Assembly: GCA_964291215.2 (NCBI GenBank)
Contig: OZ219791.1
Coordinates: 2,080,001-2,144,000 of the forward strand
DNA: 64,000 nt
Direction of reading: 5' to 3'
DNA from: Alphaproteobacteria bacterium
GTDB taxonomy: Bacteria > Pseudomonadota > Alphaproteobacteria > MPNO01 > UBA830
Shown here: piece by piece, positions 22,065-29,877 of the stretch
How positions within the stretch are numbered: position 1 is the first letter of the stretch
Layout: each line of letters begins with the position of its first letter
Notes under the pieces: model-generated
What the model was told of the DNA's origin: nothing
What the model saw: only the letters and a program-made list of their open reading frames with translations
Databases searched by the model: none
Made by a program: the position numbers and the translations under genes

Positions 22065-22900
22065 CGCGCAGAAGCGGGAAAGCGGGTTACAGGCGGCCGA
22101 GCGCATACGACAGATCAGCGTCTTGTCGTCAGGACCTGAGGGAGGAGCCGGATGCGAACAGCGCTCGTCCGGATCTGGTGTGCCAGGCGAACTGGCAGAA
22201 GGCAGGGGGTGGAAGTCCCCCGGAACAAAGGAGTAACCAAACCGCGTTTCTCCGCGAGCCGTGCGTCGGTTCCCGCGAGGGGGCAGGCGAAGCGTCGGTA
22301 GCGGGGCTGATGGGCACCGAAAAGACGATGATCCGGGGTGCCGAGGTTTTCGGATCGGTCGAAGGCAACATCGCAGGCATCGATTTGGTGAGATGCCGGC
22401 GCGCCTCGCGGTGTCAGAGAATCCGTCCGTACTTCTTCTGTCGGGACCCTGGGAGATCTTCAAGCTGTCCCGCCTGTCGGGACCGCGCAGGGAAAGGAGA
22501 AAGCCGAAGCCTGTGATGAACGGTTTGAAGAAGGGGCCCTGTGAAGGCGGCGAACAAGGGAGCTTCTGCAAAGTTGGCGGAGGAAAGGGCCTCGACCAAG
22601 GGGAATTCGGGACACCAAAGCACGCGCCGAACGCAGTGTCGGGTGCCACAGGCGGCGGACCGGATACGGAAAGCCGCAGAGGTTCGACTGGAAGCGACTG
22701 GAGCGCATGACCGAGATTCTTTGGCCGCGCGCAACAATCCGCCACCCATGGCCGGACCAGCGGTTTGCCGTCAAGCACCCGAGGTAGGAGCCGGATGGAC
22801 TGGCGTCCATGTCCGGATCTGTGCGGGGAGTGTGCAGTAATGCGCATTCCTACCGTAACGGCGGGGGGGGGGGGGGGGGAACCCGGTTCCCTACCGCGAT
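22059..22900 (+). mobile_element. 3' part of ORF-less group II intron A (host of the twintron)
   Basis: Near-identical to 36006-36161; domain V GAGCCGGATGCG..GTCCGGATCTG interrupted at 22177/22860; ends CCCTACCGCGAT. Confidence 0.85.
22178..22859 (+). mobile_element. ORF-less group II intron B inserted in domain V of intron A
   Basis: 5' GTGTGCCAGG; GGAAGTCCC; GAAGGCAACA; IEP reduced to ADRIRKAA joined to RHPWPDQRFAV; DV GAGCCGGATG..GTCCGGATCTG; 3' CCTACCGTAAC. Confidence 0.85.
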
Positions 22901-23231
22901 AGAGGCGGTGCTTGCCGGCGACTTCAACCACAACGTGCGATGGGACAAGCCCGTCTGGGCCAGCAATTTCCGGGAAACGGTGGAGATCCTCGAAGGCCTG
23001 GGACTGGTCAGCGCCGATCATGCGGCGAACGGCGAAGAGTTCGGAAAGGAGAGTTCTTACACGTACTACCATGCCCCGCAGAACCGTGCGCCGTATCACA
23101 TCGACTACATCTTCGCGCCCCGTGCCTGGACGGAGGCGTGTTTCGGGCTCGATGTCGGCTCCCGCGAAGACTGGATCGATTCGGGCTGGAGCGGCCACGT
23201 GCCGATCGTGCTCGACATCACCGACGCCTGA
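22901..23231 (+). pseudogene. Endonuclease/exonuclease/phosphatase family C-terminal fragment (3' exon of intron A)
   Basis: LAGDFN, YHIDYIF, WSGHVPI (SDH-like) motifs; N-terminus absent. Confidence 0.8.
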
Positions 23232-23311
23232 TCCGCGTCGGCGTTCGGCTCCTTCGGCCGCCGCAGCCGTGGATTGCAACAGTTCGGCGCCTGTGACAGA
23301 TTGGAACCGCC

Positions 23312-24364
23312 ATGCAGTTCGACCTCGAAGCGGATTTGGTCAAGGAGAAGGCGAAAGCTCTGGGCGCAGATCTGGTTGGCATAGTTGGCGCCGACACGCT
23401 GAACGAGTTTCCGCCCGATCCCAAGTGGCCTCAGACTCCGGAGCGAATTTCACCCTTCGCGCGGAGCGTTGTCGTGGTTGCAAAGAGGATTCCGATCGGC
23501 GCCTTCAGGGCGAAGACCAATGTCCCGGTCCAGTATATCGACATGCTTGTCCTGCGCGCCATGGACAGGGCTGCCTACCGGCTCTCGCGCTGGATGGAGG
23601 ATCAGGGGTTCCCCTCGTTCGTGACGGCTGCGCAGGAGACCGACTGGAGCTACAAGAAGGCGAGTTACGGCCGCCTCAGCACCAGGCATCTCGGAATCGA
23701 GGCCGGTCTCGGGACCTTCGGGCTTGAGGTCAACATCCTTACCCCTGAATTCGGCCCGCGTATCTATCTCACCGGCATTCTGACGGAGGCGCGCATCGCG
23801 GCTGACGAGCGTATTACCGAACAGGTCTGCATCGGCGAGTCCTGCAGCCGCTGCCTGTATTCCTGTCCGCCCGATGCAGTGCGCCATTTCGGGATTGACA
23901 AGCGGGGCTGCGCCACCGAGGCGCAGGAATTCGGGTTTTCGACGATCATGAAATTCTGGCAGCACTTCATTGGAGAGCCGCCGGAACGTCGCCGGGAACT
24001 CCTCCGGGACCGGGAGATATTCGGTTTCTGGCAGGGCCTGCTGCGCGTCGTCGGTTCCTTCGGCGACTGCCCGAGATGCCTAGCCGTGTGTCCCGTCGGC
24101 AACGACTATCATGCGCATCTCGCCGACATCCAGAAGCGGATTCCCGAAAAGACGCCGGAGAAGGTTGTCAAGGCCAAGGCCTTCAAGGAGGCGCGCAAGA
24201 GCGGAGATCCGGTCGACGGGCTGAACGACTGGAATGTGAGGTGGGTGGGGCCCGACGGGTACAAGGGAATTGTCGCCCGTCAGCTGCAGGCGTTCAAGCG
24301 AACGCAGCAGGAAAAGGAACACGAGGCTGAGCAGCGCCGGCAGCTCGAGACAACCGGAGAGTAG
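23312..24364 (+). CDS. QueG/reductive-dehalogenase-like cobalamin Fe-S reductase, paralog 1
   Basis: LGADLVGI, STRHLGIEAGLGTFG, LTPEFGPRIYL, CIGESCSRCLYSCP, C...CPRCLAVCP. Confidence 0.8.
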   Translation: MQFDLEADLVKEKAKALGADLVGIVGADTLNEFPPDPKWPQTPERISPFARSVVVVAKRIPIGAFRAKTNVPVQYIDMLVLRAMDRAAYRLSRWMEDQGFPSFVTAAQETDWSYKKASYGRLSTRHLGIEAGLGTFGLEVNILTPEFGPRIYLTGILTEARIAADERITEQVCIGESCSRCLYSCPPDAVRHFGIDKRGCATEAQEFGFSTIMKFWQHFIGEPPERRRELLRDREIFGFWQGLLRVVGSFGDCPRCLAVCPVGNDYHAHLADIQKRIPEKTPEKVVKAKAFKEARKSGDPVDGLNDWNVRWVGPDGYKGIVARQLQAFKRTQQEKEHEAEQRRQLETTGE

Positions 24365-24370
24365 TTCGAC

Positions 24371-25369
24371 ATGGTAGCCGTATTCCGGGAACCGGTTTCT
24401 GCGGAAGAGATCAAGCAGCAGGCAAGGGACTTCGGCGCCGACCTTGTTGGCATTGCCGACGGGGCAGCACTGGATGACAACCCTGCGCCCGGGTTCGCCA
24501 ACCGGCCCTCGGACATCACCGAGCATGACAACGGGCGCATCATCGTCCTGGCCAAGCATTACGGGAGCGGAACGACGAGGATCGCCCGCTGGGACGAGCG
24601 CCACAAGTATTACAATGACGAGCTGACGCTGACGATGCTGGAAGAGGCGTCGCTCAATCTCGTCTACTGGCTTGAAGACAGGGGGTATCCGGCAATCATC
24701 GTTCCGCCTACCCACACCGACCCCTGGGCCTATCAGAACGATCCGGGCGAACATCTCACGACCCTGCTGTCGCTAAATCACGCCGCGGTCGAGGCCGGCC
24801 TCGGTTCCTTGGGCCTGAACCTGCAGCTTCTCACTCCCGAATTCGGTCCGAGGGTCATGCTTTCGGCAGTAATGTCCAGCATCGATTGTGAGGTCGACGG
24901 CATTGTTCCAGACAGGCTGTGCCGGGGTCCGGAATGCGGGCGCTGCCTCAGCGCCTGTCCGGGCGATGTCGTTGGCCATTGGGATCGCGACTGGCCGGCG
25001 TGCGACCGTTATCGCTCTCCTCACGGTTTCGCCCAGTTGACCGACCACCTTCAGAACATCTTCGACGAACCCGACTCGGGGCGCAAACTCGAACTACTCC
25101 GCTCCGAACATTCGTTCAACCTGTGGCAGAGCATATTGCGTGGCGCAGGCGTCATAACCGGTTGTCGCCGCTGTCAGGATGTGTGTCCGGTCGGCGAGGA
25201 CTACGCGCGTTTCCTGCAGGACGCTCTCGAAGAGATTCCGGAAGACACACCGGAAAAGGCGTTTCGTCTCGCAGCGATGTGCCGGGCCGAGGCTGCAGGC
25301 GACATGCCGCCCGCCCACGACGCCCAGCGCCGCTGGCTCGGCATCTCGGCCGGCGGATCGGCGGGATGA
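24371..25369 (+). CDS. QueG/reductive-dehalogenase-like cobalamin Fe-S reductase, paralog 2
   Basis: FGADLVGIA, HAAVEAGLGSLG, LLTPEFGPRVML, CRGPECGRCLSACP, C...CRRCQDVCP. Confidence 0.8.
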   Translation: MVAVFREPVSAEEIKQQARDFGADLVGIADGAALDDNPAPGFANRPSDITEHDNGRIIVLAKHYGSGTTRIARWDERHKYYNDELTLTMLEEASLNLVYWLEDRGYPAIIVPPTHTDPWAYQNDPGEHLTTLLSLNHAAVEAGLGSLGLNLQLLTPEFGPRVMLSAVMSSIDCEVDGIVPDRLCRGPECGRCLSACPGDVVGHWDRDWPACDRYRSPHGFAQLTDHLQNIFDEPDSGRKLELLRSEHSFNLWQSILRGAGVITGCRRCQDVCPVGEDYARFLQDALEEIPEDTPEKAFRLAAMCRAEAAGDMPPAHDAQRRWLGISAGGSAG

Positions 25370-26676
25370 TTGCGGGCAGAGCCGAACTCCCTCTCGGGTT
25401 GCCGCGCTCGCACGGGGAGATCGAGGAGATCCAGAGGGCGCGGAAACCTGTCGCCTTCGAGAACGCCAGACGTTCCGTTTTCTGGAAGCACAGGCTCGAA
25501 GGAATCAATCCGGCCAAGCTCGACGATCCCGAAGAGTGGGCCAAGATCCCGATCCTCGACAAGGATCAGTTGCGCGGCCTGTCGACCGAGCGGTTCTACA
25601 GCGAGTTCTGCACCACGCCGCAGAACGAGATCTGCGAATACTGGCGTTCGGGCGGCAGCACAGGCAGACCCCTCTTCTATCCCAAGACATACGAGGATAT
25701 CCGCTACAACATGGTCGGGTTCACGCGTACGTTCGAGTGCAGCGGAACCGGTATGGGCAATCTCGCCCATATCTCATTTCCGCTTGGCATTCATCCGGCG
25801 GGCCACATGTGGGCGCGGGCCGCCCGCATCATGGGTATCGGGGTGGTCTGGGCTGGTTCCGGTGTCGCCTTGCCGTCGGCCACGCAGCTGGAGCTGATTC
25901 GCAGCATGAAACCGACCCTGTGGATGGGCATGTCGAGCTACGGCCTCCATCTCGCCAACCTTGCGGCCGCCGAAGGCGCCGGCCTCCAGGACAACTCGGT
26001 GGACCGAATAATGTGCACCGCGGAACCCGTCTCGGCGGCCAAGCGCGCCAAGCTGGAGCGGGACTGGGGCGCTGATGTCTTCGACTGCTTCGGGATGACC
26101 GAATGCAGCATGCTTGGGGCCGAGAGCGACAAGCGGGACGGTTTCCACGTCTGGACCGATCTGGCCCTGATCGAGATACTCGACGAGAAGACGCTGAAAC
26201 CGGTGGACGAAGGCAAACCCGGCCTTTTGGTGATGACGCCGCTGTTCAGCAACAATGGTGCCGCATTCCTGCGCTGGAATTCCGGTGACGTGGTGACATG
26301 GAAACGCGAAGGCGCAACCGGATCCGATTTCGCGGTCTTCCCCGTGATCCGCCATACCCATCGCACAGCCGGGTTCTTCAAGATCCGGGGGGTGAACATC
26401 AATCACCAGGAATTCGAGGATTTCCTGTTCGAGATCGAGGAAGTCAACGACTTCAAGGCCGAGCTTGTCACGGCAACTGAAGGAACCGACAGCTTTGCCC
26501 TGTCGGTCGAGATCCGGCCCGGCGTTGATCGCGAGGCCATAGCCGCAAGGGTCGCGCAACAGACCAAGGCGACTTTCGAGGTGACGCCGGAAATCAGCAT
26601 CCTGGCTCCAGGGGCGCTTGCGGCGGAATTCGAGAACAGCGTAAAGGCCCCGCGTTTCGCCGACCGGCGCAAATAG
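25366..26676 (+). CDS. Phenylacetate-CoA ligase-like (PaaK family) adenylate-forming enzyme
   Basis: SGGSTGRP P-loop, FGMTE, LRWNSGD, KIRGVNI, KAPRFADRR; ATGA overlap with the upstream stop. Confidence 0.85.
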   Translation: MIAGRAELPLGLPRSHGEIEEIQRARKPVAFENARRSVFWKHRLEGINPAKLDDPEEWAKIPILDKDQLRGLSTERFYSEFCTTPQNEICEYWRSGGSTGRPLFYPKTYEDIRYNMVGFTRTFECSGTGMGNLAHISFPLGIHPAGHMWARAARIMGIGVVWAGSGVALPSATQLELIRSMKPTLWMGMSSYGLHLANLAAAEGAGLQDNSVDRIMCTAEPVSAAKRAKLERDWGADVFDCFGMTECSMLGAESDKRDGFHVWTDLALIEILDEKTLKPVDEGKPGLLVMTPLFSNNGAAFLRWNSGDVVTWKREGATGSDFAVFPVIRHTHRTAGFFKIRGVNINHQEFEDFLFEIEEVNDFKAELVTATEGTDSFALSVEIRPGVDREAIAARVAQQTKATFEVTPEISILAPGALAAEFENSVKAPRFADRRK

Positions 26677-26947
26677 CCGGGCTCCGCCGTCCCTCAATTC
26701 CCGACCGCAGCGGATGGCACTCAGTCGATAGACTCGAATTGCATTGAAAATAAACGGCTTTTTGTAGAATTGGTCGATGTGCAGCTTGCTGGAGAATCGG
26801 GACCGGCGCATGCTGCACCGCTCCGTTCCCGGCGTGGGCATGAAGGGAGAACCGTCTTCGACTGCGGTTCTCCCGGGGCCGGGCCACCGCGGTTCTTGGG
26901 AGTGCGCGTGGGCGGCTGCCAATAAATCCGAGGTGATTCGCTCAAAG

Positions 26948-27147
26948 TCGAAAAAAATCACCGCCAACGGTTATAATGGCTCCAATGGGCACTACATATA
27001 GTGTTCAACGATCCTGCGTTTGTCCCTTGTCGCAGGGCCGTCACGCCGCAGAGGGGGTCCAATTGGTTGTCCCATCATGCCTCCCTGTACTCCTTTGCGT
27101 TTGGCGGAGCCGAAATAGCTAGCGTGGGCGTTGGCTCCGCCCTTTTC
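26948..27147 (+). ncRNA. Candidate small RNA with promoter and intrinsic terminator
   Basis: TATAAT at 26972; hairpin CCTGCG/CGCAGG; CCTCCC anti-SD-like motif; GGCGGAGCC/GGCTCCGCC stem (27103-27141) followed by CTTTT. Confidence 0.4.
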
Positions 27148-27232
27148 CTGCCCGGACGAGCTGTCTCTAGTAACAGCGTGTCGACAGTCGGGAGTTCTTC
27201 CTGACGCGGACAGAACTCGGTACGAATTCGCT

Positions 27233-27661
27233 TCAGATTCCAGCCTGCAGTCCGGCGGCCTCGATTCCGGCCACGGCTGCCGCCTCGTCGTTGTCCGAAG
27301 TGTCGCCGCTGATGCCAACGGCGCCGACCACCTCGTCCCCGTCCTTGATCAGGACGCCGCCGGGAACCGGCACAAGACGTCCGTTGGATGCGCCTACCAG
27401 CGCTACACCGAAATGCGGTCGCTCCAGGACCCGATCATTGAGGGCGCGGGAGGATATTCCCATGCCGACGGCGCCAAACGCCTTGCCGGTCGCAATCTGC
27501 GGCCGCAGCGCGGCCCCCGGCCCGTCTTCGCGGGCAAATGCCTTGAGGTTGCCACCGTCGTCGACGACAGCGACAGTTAGCGGCTTGAGGTCCATTTCCC
27601 TGCCCCTCACCAGCGCCTGCCTGACGATCGTGTCCGCCTGATCGAGCGTGAGTCCTGCCAT
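27233..27661 (-). CDS. GlcG/HbpS-family heme/cobalamin-binding protein
   Basis: VAVVDDGGNL..FAREDG, IATGKAF, PGGVLI, VGAVGISG..DE. Confidence 0.9.
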   Translation of the reverse strand: MAGLTLDQADTIVRQALVRGREMDLKPLTVAVVDDGGNLKAFAREDGPGAALRPQIATGKAFGAVGMGISSRALNDRVLERPHFGVALVGASNGRLVPVPGGVLIKDGDEVVGAVGISGDTSDNDEAAAVAGIEAAGLQAGI

Positions 27662-27953
27662 TTGTTCGTTTCCTGCTTTTAATCCTTGTCACAGCTTAGC
27701 GGGTTGTCGGTCCCGGTGAAAGGCGGCGCCCGGCACGATGTTCCACAGATGGTCCCGCCGCCCAGGAAGTGTCGGCCGCGCCGCATTGGCCGGCTTCTGG
27801 TAGCTCCGCGTGTCCCGCGCATGGGCAGCCATGCTGGCTCGAACCGGCAGCCCTCGCCGACCGGATCCAAACCCCGATTCACGGTTGCATGCTGCCCCTA
27901 AACGGAATATGTTGGCCCAACGATAGCTGACGCCTTTTCAAGGGAGATTATAC

Positions 27954-28694
27954 GTGGAATACCGGAACCCGAATGAGGTCTCGGGCGACTACAAGGAAAT
28001 GCTTGTCCGCCTGATGACCCGCCAGATCTACGCCGAGACGGCGACCGCCGAGGTCTTCGGACGGGCCATATCGTCGGCGCCGAACTGGCGCGAAAAGGAA
28101 CTGGCAGCCGAGTTTGCAGCCGAAGAGGCGCGCCACAGCCGCGGATTGTTCAATCTGTTGACCGATCTCGACGAAGATCCCGAGGCAATCATCGCAGGAC
28201 GTCCGGACGCCGGCGATTTCTGGGGCATTGATCTCGACAACTGGCTTGACATCGCGGTGTTCAATTTCACCGTGGACCGCGCCGGAAGCCATCAGATCAT
28301 GGAATACCGCGAGTCGAGCTATGTTCCTTGGGCCGACAGCCAGGAAGAGGTGCTGGCGGACGAGGAGGACCACTACGACAACGGCGTCGAGAACCTCAAG
28401 GAGTTCGCCAAGGACCCCGAAAAGCTGGCTGAATTCCAGGCGGTGTTTGATCGTGTGCTGCCGAACTGCATCAAGCGTGCCTTCGGCCGTCTCGAAGGGC
28501 CCGACAACGATTTCTGCCTTGAGCACGGCCTCAAGCGCAACAAGACCGAGGCCATCGTCAACCGGTATCTTGAGGAAATGCGCGGTCATATGGACGGAAC
28601 TGGTCTGACATTTCCGCCGCTGACAGCGTTCGACGCCATCAAGTGCGAGCTCGCCGACAGCACCCGGGACATCCTTCTGTCGCTGCAGCGCTGA
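27954..28694 (+). CDS. PaaA/PaaC-like ferritin-fold diiron protein (acyl/aryl-CoA oxygenase-like)
   Basis: SAPNWREK, EEARH and DEEDH ExxH motifs, SSYVPWA, GLKR; GTG start with GGGAG RBS. Confidence 0.75.
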   Translation: MEYRNPNEVSGDYKEMLVRLMTRQIYAETATAEVFGRAISSAPNWREKELAAEFAAEEARHSRGLFNLLTDLDEDPEAIIAGRPDAGDFWGIDLDNWLDIAVFNFTVDRAGSHQIMEYRESSYVPWADSQEEVLADEEDHYDNGVENLKEFAKDPEKLAEFQAVFDRVLPNCIKRAFGRLEGPDNDFCLEHGLKRNKTEAIVNRYLEEMRGHMDGTGLTFPPLTAFDAIKCELADSTRDILLSLQR

Positions 28695-28817
28695 ATCCCG
28701 TTCCAATTCCCGTACGCATGCGCGGCAGGGCCGTCCGCATGTGTACGCGGTCTTTCCGACCGGCCATAGCCGCCGCGCCTGCTGCCCTTTCCGGAAAATC
28801 TCTACGGAGCACCGAAG

Positions 28818-29636
28818 ATGATTACCGAGTCGAACGACGTGATCCTCGACCACGATTTCAAGGCCGTGAAAGTCGGGATCGCCGGGCAGATATTGACGAT
28901 GACCCTCAACCGGCCCGAGCGGCTGAACACCTTCAATGAGGACATGAAGGAGGATTTCCGCTGGCTCGAGCGCCGCATCGAGGCAAATGACGACATTCGG
29001 GTCATGATCATCAATGCCGAGGGGGAAAAGGCGTTCGGCGCTGGCGCCGATGTCTCCTGGTTCGAGCAGGATTTCCTTACCGAGCGGTTTCGCATCGAAT
29101 ATCGGTGGATTCACGACTTCTTCGACCGCCTTGAGCGCATCGAGATACCGGTCATCGCCGCGATTCAGGGCATCTGCGCCTGCGGCGGGCTGGAACTTGC
29201 GATGTCGTGTGACTTCCGGGTCGCGACCTCCGACGCTCGTTTCGGGTTCACCGAGGGCAATATCAATCTCATACCCGGCTCGGGCGGCTGCTCGCGGCTT
29301 GTCGGAATGATCGGGCCGGGCTGGGCCAAGGAACTGGTCCTAGCCGGCGAGTTCATCGATGCGGAGAGGGCGCAGCAGATCGGTCTCGTGACACGTATCG
29401 TTTCGCGTGAGGAACTGCAGTCCGAAGCGCGGGCGCTCGCCGAGAATCTGGTGGCCAAGGCGCCTGGTGCGCTTGGTCTCGCCAAGGCGATTCTCAACAC
29501 CTGCCAGAATATCGACAGCGCCTCGGGGCGGGTTCTCGAGCGCATCGGCCAGTCAGTGCTGATCAGGTCCGACGACCACAAGGAGGGCGTGCGAGCATTC
29601 CGCGAGAAACGTCGGCCAAACTACAGTGGCCGCTGA
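28818..29636 (+). CDS. Enoyl-CoA hydratase/isomerase (crotonase family)
   Basis: LNRPERLN, FGAGADV, GGLELAMSCDFR, FGFTE..IPGSGG, EGVRAFREKRRP. Confidence 0.93.
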   Translation: MITESNDVILDHDFKAVKVGIAGQILTMTLNRPERLNTFNEDMKEDFRWLERRIEANDDIRVMIINAEGEKAFGAGADVSWFEQDFLTERFRIEYRWIHDFFDRLERIEIPVIAAIQGICACGGLELAMSCDFRVATSDARFGFTEGNINLIPGSGGCSRLVGMIGPGWAKELVLAGEFIDAERAQQIGLVTRIVSREELQSEARALAENLVAKAPGALGLAKAILNTCQNIDSASGRVLERIGQSVLIRSDDHKEGVRAFREKRRPNYSGR

Positions 29637-29691
29637 TCTGGACGAAACGCCGTATTTCGCTACATTTGCGGATGAAGCGGGATGCGGCGAC

Positions 29692-29877
29692 ATGTTCCAT
29701 CATCTTCTGCCCGGCATGTTTGTGCGCCATTCCGGCCGTCCGGACTGGGGCCTTGGCCAGATCCAGTCGGTCGACGGCTTCCGGATCACGGTGAACTTCA
29801 CCAACGCCGGAAAACAGTTGATCAACGGCGAGATCATTGAACTCGAGACTGCGGACGCCGCGGACGAAGATGACTGA
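29692..29877 (+). CDS. DUF3553 family protein
   Basis: PGMFVRH..PDWGLGQIQS..ITVNF.NAGK. Confidence 0.85.
   Translation: MFHHLLPGMFVRHSGRPDWGLGQIQSVDGFRITVNFTNAGKQLINGEIIELETADAADEDD

Noticed and set aside
23312-25369. Assigning queG or rdhA gene symbols
   Set aside because: Cys spacing differs from canonical QueG and there is no Tat leader or RdhB; function is unresolved.
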